From Tubiluchus corallicola (lineage: Eukaryota; Animalia; Priapulida), in contig JAQGDQ010000891.1 in assembly GCA_030141605.1 (NCBI GenBank), forward strand, positions 1-64,000: DNA of 64,000 bases, read 5' to 3'. The notes under the pieces were generated by a model that did no database searches, was not told the origin of the DNA, and saw only the letters and a program-made list of their open reading frames with translations. This document shows, one piece after another, positions 52,798-64,000 of this stretch (its first letter is position 1; the number at the start of each line of letters is the position of its first letter). The translations under genes were made by a program, and so were the position numbers.

Positions 52798-53171
52798 AAT
52801 TAGTGGTACTATTGTCATTAATACAGTAGCATTTATAAGTATAAGAATGTATATTATACTAAATGGTATTACAATAATTGAAAATTAAGTATTTTGATGC
52901 TATTGAGCTTTTGTCATGTGTACAAAGGAACATATTTATATACAAAGAATAGTAGGCTGCAGTAACAGCATAAGACAGCTCAGTAGTACCCAAAATATAC
53001 CTTAATTATTATTTTTTTTATAGTTTAATTTTGATACCAAAAATCTTTAGTCACGACTATGTTATTATATTGCATTTGGCGACAACACTGGGCAGACCAG
53101 TTTTTTCAGTGCACTGTCAAGCAAGTTTTATATGTACAGTATACTATAACGAGGGTCTTTATGTGTTAGTT

Positions 53172-53642
53172 CAGGGGTGTGCAAATTATCTGACTAACTG
53201 GGCCACATTAAAATTTCCCACAATTCCTGCGGGCCACTGGCAGTTTGATCAAGGAGCCAAGTACAGTAAGGCCTAATAACGATTTTTTTTGCATCCGACC
53301 TGCGTACATCATTACTACTACACTCAAGAAACTATTTTAGAAGTTATTAAAATTTATATTACAAACCATATATTTCTACTTTCAGGACAGATAGTGGTAA
53401 TTTCATTACAATGCATATTAGTAATGTGTATCACACAGTCTGTGTAGTACAGTGACATTAAGCTACAACCGTCTTGTAAGGGTTAATGGCATCCGATCTA
53501 GTAGAAACAACTACCCGCACTATCTTTGGGATTGTGGTACGAACTTCAGCTGGATACAGTCAATTAATCGCCCGGGCCGCACTTTCATTAGGTTGACAAA
53601 TCTCTTTGCGGGCCGCACAAATTCACAATTTGCACACCCCTG
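53172..53642. mobile_element. hAT MITE family B
   Basis: Perfect TSD tgttagtt; TIR caggggtgtgcaaatt. Confidence 0.93.
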
Positions 53643-54462
53643 TGTTAGTTGAAAATATTTTAGTGTATGCATTATCTGAAAGAATAAATGAAAAACTTAG
53701 CTGTTCTTTAGATTTAGTTAAAACCCAAAATGAAAGGCTTGAAATGTTAGAGGACATGGTTGAAGAAGGTGGAAAAACAGAGTCTAAATACCAAAATACT
53801 AAAAATTAGTATCACCTCGCCGAATGAGGCTAATAATATTGTTGCAATAATAAAAATGCAAAAATTTCTGCGACATAATTTGCGTTTTCTTCCCCTCCGC
53901 CCATGAACCCCTGCCAGGGCAGGATAATTCCAGAACTTTCTACATGTCACACTCATTTTAACATCAAATGGTTGGCAGGTCTCCACAAATGTAATAAGAG
54001 TTGTGTTTTGAATACATTTTCAACTGTTTGTCCATTTGAACCTATAAACTGTAATTGTGAATAGTTCATTTTTACATAACAGAATTGCAATAGATTTTCA
54101 ATGATTTTTTATTTTTAGATTTTATATTTTATTTCAAACTTCACAAAGTTCATATATACATCACAAATTACTACAAATAACACAATAAATCATGACACAC
54201 AACAATAACAGTTAACGATATAACAAACTACGCCAATGACGTCTAATTACAGAGAAAAAGTTTGCATCACTGTTTAAAATGTTCTTGCATATAAAATTTT
54301 CACTCTTATTCAGCCTGACGTATAAACTGTAGGCACATTTTCTGTGAATAACATCAAAATAAATAATATTAAATAATATCAATGAGGCAGAAGTTAACTA
54401 ATTGACAGCTTGTTTGAGATACGTCACTGTCAAAAAGTTGATCATGCTTCTTCCTGTTGTAG

Positions 54463-54544
54463 CTTGCTATGTGGATCCCGTCATCTCATTATGCCGACAG
54501 TTCGAAAGGTGGATCAAAGCAACCAGCAAAAGCACCAAGGAAAG
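54463..54544 (+). CDS. NDUFV3: NDUFV3-like, exon 2
   Basis: ttcctgttgtag|LAMWIPSSHYADSSKGGSKQPAKAPRK(E)|gtacat; phase 0 to phase 1 fits the flanking exons. Confidence 0.7.
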
Positions 54545-55486
54545 GTACATTGATATTACCATTATTTGTTCGCTGCAAAAGTAGCTGTTGTGGTATGTTA
54601 TGCGACTAGTTTCTTACTCGTGCTACATGGCGGTAACTCACAAATTTTTTGAGGCTGTAACACTGATTCAACTTTTTTGTTAGTTTTGTAGTAATTATAG
54701 ATGTAGTTAACTAAGAATGTAACTATTGTTAATAGGGGCATATTCACTAATAGGCTAACTAGGCTATAGCCTAGTGCGCCAAAGTTTGAGGGGGTCACAT
54801 TTTAGAAAAAATTCTTATTCTTCTCAGAATATGTGTATACTTTCATATTTATGTAAATGGCACATTTTATAACACACCACAGGCAGTTACTGAGTTTAGC
54901 TTTTGTATAAGTGCCACATAACGAACAGGTGCAAGGTAGTTGCACAACACAAGAAGCAGTAATGCAGCCGGCTTGAATATAAGCGCTATGTAAATGTAAT
55001 TAATGATAATAATTGTTGTAAAGTGTTGATACTCTTCCTGGTCGTTAATAAAAATTTATTAGTCTAAAAGATAAGTAATCCTGCTTTTATATTACAGTTT
55101 CAGCAGCATTTTTTACAAAAAGACTTGATGTTTCTGTCTATATCAGTAGCACATCATTCTATAAATATAAAACAAATTCTCTATGCAAAATGTATGAAAA
55201 ACTTTAAATGTGACTTTATTAGATTTAATCAAGTAGTTTAGAAATTACATTTTTTCAAATTTATAAAATGATGTTCTATTGATAATGGTCAGCAACTGAT
55301 TGAAGTGTCTAGTTTTTTTAATAAATATTGTGCCAGATGATATGATGGACAATGACAGAAAATTTTAGAAGTTATGTTTGTCAGTTTGTAGACCAATTTA
55401 TAAAATGGCAACGACGTTAAATTAGTAAATAGAGCAGCAAATGACTGGTGGGTTTGAATAATACTAGAAAAAATGGTTGTTTTTAG

Positions 55487-55695
55487 AGCTAACTAAGTCA
55501 GCAGAACCAACGCCGTCAAAAGTGCCAATGCCATCGCCGTCAAAAGCAGCTGCTTCGCCGCCGCCACCTCCGTTTGACAACACAAAGTATCAGTGTAACG
55601 AATATTTCACGTTTAACAGCATGACTTTTTACGACAAGATGGTAGACATGGATAAGGCAAGGCTTCCTCAGCCGGTTGCTCATTTTAAACCGTGA
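55487..55695 (+). CDS. NDUFV3: NDUFV3-like (complex I flavoprotein subunit 3), terminal exon
   Basis: PFDNTKYQCNEYFTFNSMTFYDKMVDMDKARLPQP resembles the conserved NDUFV3 C-terminus (PFDN..Y........TF.D....K.R.PQP); ttttag acceptor. Confidence 0.85.
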
Positions 55696-55781
55696 GAAAT
55701 GATAAGATTAACGATCGGTATCCGTTATTGCTTGTTATGTAGTGGTAGTTCATGACACGCTTTGTAAAGTCACTCATTTAA

Positions 55782-56220
55782 CCCTTTCATACCCGTTGTA
55801 TCCCGTGGGATACGAGAATATTTTCTGCCTTTAAAATTAATAAAATTTTAAAACTGACAGTTATTGGATCTGTTAATAGTTATTTTGATTTAAGCCAATA
55901 ACAATAGACTAAAAATGGTGATAAAATGGCAAACTAGAAAATCTACATAGCATAAAAAACTGCTCAAGGTACAGTACTTTAGAGACGACTTTGTACAGAT
56001 CAGCATAGCGTGCATACTGAATGTCTTAAATACTTTAAAAAATTATCAGCAGTCTCAAAATGAAGCACGTTTTTTGCCTTTGTTGTGTTTTTAAAAAAGT
56101 CGGACTTTGTTTTTTTGCATATGACAAAGAATGTTGTGTATCCCACACGATACATTGGGAACAAAAGTACCAAGCCAAAAAATTTTTTCTTATTAAAAAA
56201 ATAATTTGGGACTGAAAGGG
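55782..56220. mobile_element. piggyBac-like MITE, copy 2
   Basis: TTAA TSD, ccc...ggg termini; ~86 bp after the NDUFV3-like stop codon. Confidence 0.9.
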
Positions 56221-57202
56221 TTAAAGAGAAAAGTGTCAAACATGCATTTTTGTTTGCATGATAGCTGAATGGTAAGATAATATAATGAGTGATTCATTTA
56301 TTGATGAAGTTATAAGTACAACAGTATTTGACTTGTTTGTGGCTCGATGAAACTGTCAGATTAATTGTACACAGCTGCTTTCTACTGTTTTTGTTAATGG
56401 TTTATCTCAGAAAGTAATAGCCACAGAGATTTAGTGATCAAAAAGCAATTGTACAAAGTTTCTGTAGTGAAAACACATTATTATATCATACCACTTACGG
56501 CATATAATCTTTACGTGTACAACTGGGCAAACTAATAAAAGTTTAAAGTTTTATCACAATTATAATTTACAATTGTACTGCAAAAGTCATTGAAATTTAT
56601 AGGATTTAGACTTTGATGCCCAGGTTGTGCTTCATACTATCTAGTTGTCCGAGTGCTAAATTTACTCCATTTGGTTTCAATATGGCAGAATTTTGCAACA
56701 ACTAAAAATAGGAGGTTTAGTGCTGGCAACTTCTTTAGTGAACTGTAATCATAATGTACTGGAACTGATTTTGATACTTGATAAGCTGTTATTGTGCCGA
56801 GGCATCGTGTCTTGCAAGCAATTTTATAGTTAATAAAATTAGATAAAATATTTATGTTGCTTTTTGAAACAATATAATAATTTATTTTTCAACAAAATAT
56901 AAATTAACTAAATTGTATATGGACCATCAATATAAATTCAATAATCTAAAATATTAACAAATGAAAAGCTAATCAATGCACCACCTCTAAAGATGCAATA
57001 GCTAATTTGCAGTCACATATGATGCTACGTACTACTGTATTACTGTATTATTTAGCATTTGTGATACACTACAAATTTGAATACAATTGATGATATGCAA
57101 GATCCTAGACTAGCTTACATTGACAACTCTACGCACATTTACGTTATTAATTTATATTTCAAAATAAGTGAATGATAAATCAGTTACAGTTTTTTATATG
57201 TA

Positions 57203-57792
57203 CAGTCTAATCTCGTTATCCCGCCACTGTCCGTCTAGGGCAAATTTTTGGCGAGAGGCGAGTATGGCGAGATAACGGGAATATAACAAAGTTAGTCTAT
57301 ATGTATATACATACTTTACATAATAGTTGATTAACATAGTGTTCCTCTAGAAGTGTTCCTCCTTCAGAGACATCATGTAAAGTTGCTCACACTTTGTGGA
57401 AACTCAAACTTAAACGCAGCTTTGGTGTTATAGAGTAAGGATATCGGTGACGCTTTAGTTTCTCTGCGCATTAACCAACCACAGCACTCCTAATCTAATC
57501 CTGGTGAGACACACTAGATTAATTATGTCTGTCTATCGAGTACAGCAGCATTGTCTACATACTGCGGTCATATTGATCGACACGTGGTATATGTATTGAT
57601 CGATTCACCTCTGAGTTTGTCTGTTTGGCGACATAACGAATATAGTTTACATAAGCACTCATCCTAACATGACGTGGCGAGGGTGGCGACTTAACGAGGT
57701 AAATATCAAAGCAGGAAATCCGTCCTGGTACTTTCTGTGGCGAGAGACGAGTTTGGCGGCATAACGAGGGGCGAGATAACGAGGCTAGACTG
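57203..57792. mobile_element. pogo/Tc1-like MITE family C, copy 2
   Basis: Same TIRs, TA TSD; different internal segment. Confidence 0.9.
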
Positions 57793-58242
57793 TATATTAA
57801 TTAAACTATACTAGTAAATGCTCAAATAACTATGTTAGGAATATTATGATTAAGAGGAACATATTTTCTATAGTGTGCATATAATACTATCAGTTATAAC
57901 ATGTTGTAACATGTTAGTTATACTAACATGTTTTGGATCATTTGAAATATTGAGAAACAATTCTGCCATAATACAGAAACTTACTTTGATGTGTTGTTAA
58001 AAGTAAGCACACCTAGCTTGCTTCATGAGAATTTGTATGAACATTTATGAATATCTGTCACCAATACCCAGCAATACAATCATATAATTATGTATACATC
58101 ATAATAAATTAACACATGAATATCACATTTAAATTAGGCTAAAATGTAGTCCATTCTTAAAATAAACAAAGAAAACGACGTCCGTTGATGGAAAACCGGG
58201 AAAGGTAACTTTTAAAAGGTAACGATATGCAGCACAAAAGAC

Positions 58243-58330
58243 ACATACACATACATATGCATATGCATACATATATACATACATACATACATATACATAC
58301 ATATATACATACATACATACATATGCATGT
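58243..58330. repeat. (CATA)n degenerate microsatellite
   Basis: Directly visible. Confidence 0.9.
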
Positions 58331-59102
58331 ACAGTACAGCTATTTCAGCAAGCAAGCCTGAAATTCTAAGCTATTTTTACGATATTACCTACGGCAAAGG
58401 TGAACACCATAGCATTGGTTTTTTATAATGAATTGCACCAAATAAACCTGCACAGAAGGGGGAGTACTTTGAATTGAAAGGATTGAATGCCTCGGCCCTA
58501 AAAATCTAAAAAGTGTGACTTGATTGCTATGAATGCCCCAGCTGTGCAAATCTAAAAGGTACAATTTGCTTGCCAGGAAAGCCCTCCCTCGTCGTAAGCA
58601 TTTTCATTTTCCGAGCATTTTCGACATCGGCAAAGCGTGGCAACGAACTACACTGCGCTAACAATGCAGTCTTTGCAACCCGACAGAATGGTATCTCGTT
58701 TTACATTCAGAGGCAAGTTCGGCACACAAATATGGCAACGTACACGGAGAATGTGATGAGCAAAAGTAAAAAAAAGTATTGCACACTTGGACAAACCTAG
58801 TACAACAGTAATAACGCATTAATAACACACTATAACATTTCAAGCCCTACCAGTATGAATAATACACAGGCTTTTTTCAGATGAAATAAAATGCTGCTCA
58901 GAAATATATTTCAGTTTCATAAATTTTCTTGCTTAATATCTGCAGGAATTCGCACATTGCTATTGTCATAAATGTATGACATTAAAAATTTTCACATTTA
59001 GGTTCATGGTACACGAAACTAGTTTTAGTTAATTTAACAGTACAAACAGTGACCAGATATAATGTAGACCTATATCATTTTTATACTACTGTTATTTTAC
59101 AT

Positions 59103-59586
59103 CAGGGGTGTGCAAATTATCTGACTAGCCGGGCCACATTAAACTTTCCCGCAATACCTGCGGGCCACAGGCAGTTTGATCAAGGAGCCAAGTACAGAAA
59201 GGCCTAATAACGATTTTTTTGCATCCGATCTGCGTACATCATTACTACTACACTCAAGAAACTATTTTAGAAGTTATTAAAATTTATATTTCAAACCATA
59301 TATTTCTACTTTCAGGACAGATAGTGGTAATTTCATTACAATGCATATTAGTAATGTGCATCACACAGTCTGTGTAGTACAGTGTTATTAAGCTACAACC
59401 GTCTTGTAAGGGTTAATGGCATCCGATCTAGTAGAAAAAAAACTACCCGCACTATCTTTGTGATCGTGGCACGGACTTCAGCTGGACACACTCAATTAAT
59501 CGCCCGGGCCGCACTTTCATTAGGTTGACAAACCTCTTCGCGGGCCGCACAACATCTCTCGGCGGGTCGCAATTTGCACACCCCTA
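59103..59586. mobile_element. hAT MITE family B
   Basis: TSD ttttacat/ttttacag; family TIRs. Confidence 0.9.
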
Positions 59587-60238
59587 TTTTACAGCAAACT
59601 AGGCAGAGATGTGATATAAAACTGCACAGTTAGACGTTTCATATAATACTTTATTACTAAAACAATATCCTTAGTACTGCAGCACCAACTGCACTGCGCA
59701 CACGAACACAACTTTTACTTTTCCAGAAGTCTCTTTCCTGTAATTTAAGAAAGCTCCAACACTTGCAGTTTCTTCTTCACAATTTTACCATTACGTACGA
59801 GCATAACAAATGCACATCATAACCAGATGATGAAATTTTGTTATCACACCAGCTAGAATGTAATCCTAATGATGGCCATTAAAAGTTGACAAATCAATGA
59901 ATATTCTTTTTAAATTATCAGTCACAATTAATTTAATTTGCATTTTAAAATGAGAAAATTTCAACCAACATGACAGCAAAATTTCGAAAGTCTTGAAAAT
60001 CTTTTTCTCTGAAAATTTCAAGCAGTGAATAGGAGAAACAACGACATTACGAGGAATATGCTGGGTTTTATTATTCTGCTGCACGGTTCTCGTAATATCT
60101 CTGGTTCTGCTATTCATTATTCCGATTAGATTTGCACCAAATAAGTTTCTTATGAAATTATTATCAATTACGGCAGGTTGACAAGATAAAAATGTGAGAA
60201 CAACGTAAAAGCAAACAGCGGGATAATACCACGTAACA

Positions 60239-60738
60239 CAGGGGTGTGCAAATTATCTGACTAGCTGGGCCACATTAAACTTTCCCACAATTCCTGCGGG
60301 CCACAGGCAGTTTGATCAAGGAGCCAAGTACAGAAAGGCCTAATAACGATTTTTTTGCATCCGACCTGCGTACATCATTACTACTACACTCAAGAAACTA
60401 TTTTAGAAGTTATTAAAATTTATATTACAAACCATATATTTCTACTTTCAGGACAGATAGTGGTAATTTCATTACAATGCATATTAGTAATGTGTATCAC
60501 ACAGTCTGTGTAGTACAGTGACATTAAGCTACAACCATCTTGTAAGGGTTAATGGCATCTGATCTAGTAGAAAAAACTACCTGCACTATCTTTGGGATCG
60601 TGGCACAGACTTCAGCTGGATACACTCAATTAATCGCCCGGGCCGCACTTTCATTAGGTTGACAAACCTCTTCGCGGGCCGCACAAATTCTCTCGGCGGG
60701 CCGCAAGTGGGCCGCGGGCCACAATTTGCACACCCCCG
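60239..60738. mobile_element. hAT MITE family B
   Basis: Perfect TSD acgtaaca; ~86 bp downstream of the lipin stop codon. Confidence 0.93.
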
Positions 60739-60824
60739 ACGTAACATATAAGTTTCATAACAATATGACGGGCATTACATGAGCAAAAACAGCGGAGTAT
60801 TTGATTGCAAAAGCATTACATAAT

Positions 60825-61026
60825 TTACTTCTGTTCTTCTTTCTTGTCCGGTTTTTTCGGCGAGTCCGGCGGCGGAAGTTCGATCTCCGGAAGCTGGGAA
60901 CGCCAGAACGTGAAAGAACTGAACCTCTCGGCGGCGGGAAAGTCTCCCGTCTTTGAACCGTCGACGACGTCCTTGTGTTTCAACATCGGGAAAACGTGGT
61001 CAACTAATCCGGATAGTCCCTGATAT
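60825..61026 (-). CDS. LPIN: Lipin, terminal exon
   Basis: (S)YQGLSGLVDHVFPML...FSSFTFWRSQLPEIE...EEQK*; typical lipin C-terminus (VDHVFP, F.FWR..LP). Confidence 0.9.
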
Positions 61027-61376
61027 CTGTTAAGAAAGTGATCTTCATATTACGGAAGATGTGAAAACAATTTTTATAAGGTCGTAAAATGGAGAGCAAA
61101 TATGACTCTCATACGACACATGTCAAATGTTTGCCTTTAAATGAAAAAAAAAAGATATTTCTTTTTTGTAAGACTAAAACTAACATTAATATTTGAAATG
61201 CGCAACAATTTGCATTCATAGATGTGTAACTAAATGTTGCAGTGCCAGTTTTAACTGTAATGTGCCTTTAAATGCAAGTTTTGACGCTCGCCACACGAAT
61301 GATAGCCACACACTTTCCAATGTGTGACAGTAAAACAAAAAAATAGCAATAATGAAAATTCTGCTTCTACGTTTAC

Positions 61377-61760
61377 TAGGGGTGAGCATCGAACGCCCGA
61401 ATTCGATTCGAACGAGTTTTTTTAGTTTGAACTCGATTCGAACCCAAAACTATAGATTCGAATAATTCAGCAGTTCAATAACACGTGTTCTTTATCACTA
61501 AAACGATTGAAACATCATGCAATTAGCATAATTTAGCTGTGATTTCTGTGCACAATTTTAAACAAATTACTAGTCGTTTTATTGCAGAACAAAATCTAGT
61601 GATGTGCATGATCTTTGTAAGACTAATTTTTACTGGTGGTTCGAAAATCTTTCGATCTCAATTCGAATTCGAAACACTGAAGTTCGGTTCGATTCGAATT
61701 CGAAAGTCACAAATTCGGTTCGATTCGAATTCGCTTTCCGGTAGAGAATGCTCACCCCTA
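61377..61760. mobile_element. hAT-like MITE (TTCGAA-rich family), copy 2
   Basis: TIR taggggtgagcat...atgctcaccccta; TSD acgtttac/atgtttac. Confidence 0.9.
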
Positions 61761-61812
61761 ATGTTTACCCCGCCACGTGTAAGTGCAATTGTCACTACAT
61801 GAATGTACTTAC

Positions 61813-61916
61813 GATGATTGGAATGCGTTTGTTAGTTCATGCTTCACCTCTCCCTTTGGATTAATAGTGAATATTCTAGATATGGGCAGCCCAACGGCTC
61901 GGTACGCCCAAACGTC
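61813..61916 (-). CDS. LPIN: Lipin exon (C-LIP/LNS2 domain)
   Basis: [34 protein letters not shown](S); tttcag / gtaagt boundaries. Confidence 0.92.
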
Positions 61917-61990
61917 CTGAAACGGAGAAATTTTGCATTTCAATTTCGCACGCGGGAATTCGCGCACGTCACGAAATGCAACAGAAACTA

Positions 61991-62813
61991 CAGTCTAGCC
62001 TCGTTATCTCGCCACTGTCCGTCTACGGCAAATTTCTGGCGAGAGGCGAGTATGGCGATATAACGGGAATATAACGAAGTTAGTCTATATGTATATACAT
62101 AATAGTTGATTAACATAGTGTTCCTCTATGTACATATAAAATATATTTCGCATTATGATACCAATCAACATTAAATCAGAAATGAAAAAATGTCATAAAA
62201 ATAATCTTAGAATGTTACTTTTTTATTTAAAAAACCTTTTTCGAGTATACACTTAAATGCAATAAACTTAGCAAAAGATTTAGAAATGTTCACAAATGAG
62301 TTACTGACGACTGAAATAATTCAGAAGAGACGACCGTTTCATTGATGATACACGCAAGCAGTCAACACGACGTTTAATCAAACACAATCCTTGAATATCG
62401 TCGCTTGTGACTCTGTCAGACTGTTCAAAGTATCGCATCGGTGTGTCGACAGGTGCTGCTGCCTGGTCAAATTTCGCACTAAATACAGTAGCACTCCTAA
62501 TCTAATCCTGGTGAGACACACACTAGATTAATTATGTCTGTCTATCGAGTACAGCAGCATTGTCTACATATCGCGGTTATATTGATCGACACGCTGTATA
62601 TGTATTGATCGATTCACCTCTGAGTTTGTCTGTTTGGCGACATAACGAATGTAGTTCACATAAGCACTCTTCTTAGCATGATGTGGCGAGGGCGAGAAGC
62701 GAGGGTGGCGACTTAACGAGGTAAATATCAAAGCAGGAAATCCGTCCTGGTACTTTCTATGGCGAGAGACGAGTTTGGCGGCATAACGAGGGCGAGATAA
62801 CGAGGCTAGACTG
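61991..62813. mobile_element. pogo/Tc1-like MITE family C, copy 3 (longest)
   Basis: Family TIRs with TA at both ends; additionally flanked by a 34-bp direct repeat. Confidence 0.92.
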
Positions 62814-62925
62814 TAATTCGTGCACATCACGAAATGCAACAGAAACTATGCGAACTCGCTTCCAATGCATGCGAATTCATTTGTCATGTCCAAAGCATTA
62901 TGACATAAATTGCTTGTTTACTCAC

Positions 62926-63040
62926 GTTAATCTTGTTTCCGTAACCGGCGTAAAACGGATTGGAAGTTTTTGGAAAGAGAGCCTTGATGTCGCTCAAGCA
63001 TTGAATTTTGAATTCTTCCGGTTTCCGTTCGATCACCTCC
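62926..63040 (-). CDS. LPIN: Lipin exon (C-LIP/LNS2 domain)
   Basis: (R)[38 protein letters not shown]; AG/GT boundaries. Confidence 0.93.
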
Positions 63041-63103
63041 CTGAAAACGTGAAGAGAACGGAAAAGTGTGTAAAGTAGCAACCAGTACAAAAGCCAGATT
63101 TAA

Positions 63104-63510
63104 CCCTTTCGTACCTGTTGTATCCCGTGGGATACGAGAATATTTTCTGCCTTTAAAATTAATAAAATTTTAAAACTGACAGTTATTTGATCTGTTTATT
63201 GATCAACTATTGACTAAAAATAGTGATAAAATGGCAAACTAGAAAATCTACGTAGCATAAAAAACTGCGCAAGGTACAGTACTTTAGAGACGACTTTGTA
63301 CAGATCAGCATAGCATGCATACTAAATGTCTTAAATACTTTAAAAAATTATCAGCAGTTGCTTTTTTGCTTTTGTTGTGTTTTTAAAAAAGTCGGACTTT
63401 GTTTTTTTGCACATGACAAAGAATGTTGTGTATCCCACAGGATACATTGGGAACAAAAGTACCAAGGTAAAAAATTTTTTTTATTAAAAAATAATTTGGG
63501 ACTGAAAGGG
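63104..63510. mobile_element. piggyBac-like MITE, copy 3
   Basis: TTAA TSD, ccctttc...gaaaggg termini. Confidence 0.9.
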
Positions 63511-63627
63511 TTAAGCAAACAAATCAGCAAATAATTCTGAAATGGGGACAAAAATACCGAATTGTGGTTTTTAAAATGTCGAGGTACGCTTAAAAAGATA
63601 TGCATTATCAAACACGTTGTTATTTAC

Positions 63628-63867
63628 CTATGGAATGCAGTTATAAGTGAGCTAGGATTGAGGAGTAAAGGGCCATCTGGCAGCGAGTTGTCATCTTGAC
63701 GGACACTCCTCAGGTAATCTTTGGTAGCCTTTGACTGACCAATGGCTCTAGCTGATAAATAAATCATTTTATATCCATTTTGACTAATGCTGGTGAACAG
63801 TTCTGCCACGCCCGATTGTGCCCAGTCCTTGCCCATATAGGGCAAAACATGGCCAAGAACGTCAGAT
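63628..63867 (-). CDS. LPIN: Lipin (phosphatidate phosphatase) exon; gene continues beyond the window
   Basis: SDVLGHVLPYMGKDWAQSGVAELF...NGYKMIYLSARAIGQ...LPDGPLLLNPSSLITAFH(R); the segment that follows the DIDGT motif in lipins. Confidence 0.95.
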
Positions 63868-64000
63868 CTACAGAAATAAAATATAAGATACATTATCAAA
63901 ACTAAAAGGGAACAGGACCCAATTTTAAACTACAACGTAAAATAATCTAATGTATAAAATATTTTAAGAATGACCGTGAAACAATTAATACATGGCTTAA

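Overview
AT-rich animal (invertebrate-type, possibly lophotrochozoan) genomic DNA with spliceosomal introns; not prokaryotic and no CRISPR. Six protein-coding genes are supported: (1) first coding exon of a GPR158/CG31760-like class C GPCR (- strand, 22718-23354; no later exon recognised in the ~22.7 kb downstream); (2) an intronless BTB-BACK protein with an atypical, possibly double MATH-like C-terminus (27974-29635, -); (3) an intronless non-aminergic class A GPCR (31076-32020, -); (4) a 9-exon classical short-chain dehydrogenase/reductase (36783-47297, -, 268 aa); (5) a 3-exon NDUFV3-like complex I subunit (51557-55695, +, 122 aa); (6) the last four exons of a lipin (60825-63867, -). The rest is dense in non-autonomous DNA transposons (hAT-, pogo/Tc1-, piggyBac-, Harbinger- and Kolobok-like, many with readable TSDs), LINE 3' fragments, tRNA-derived SINEs, and many mini/microsatellites. 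The most notable element is a ~545-bp 5S rRNA-headed SINE with a 13-bp TSD and a probable RTE-derived body in the NDUFV3-like intron. All exon models and repeat boundaries were read by eye; family assignments come from recalled motifs, not database searches. I found no convincing wholly new multi-gene system.
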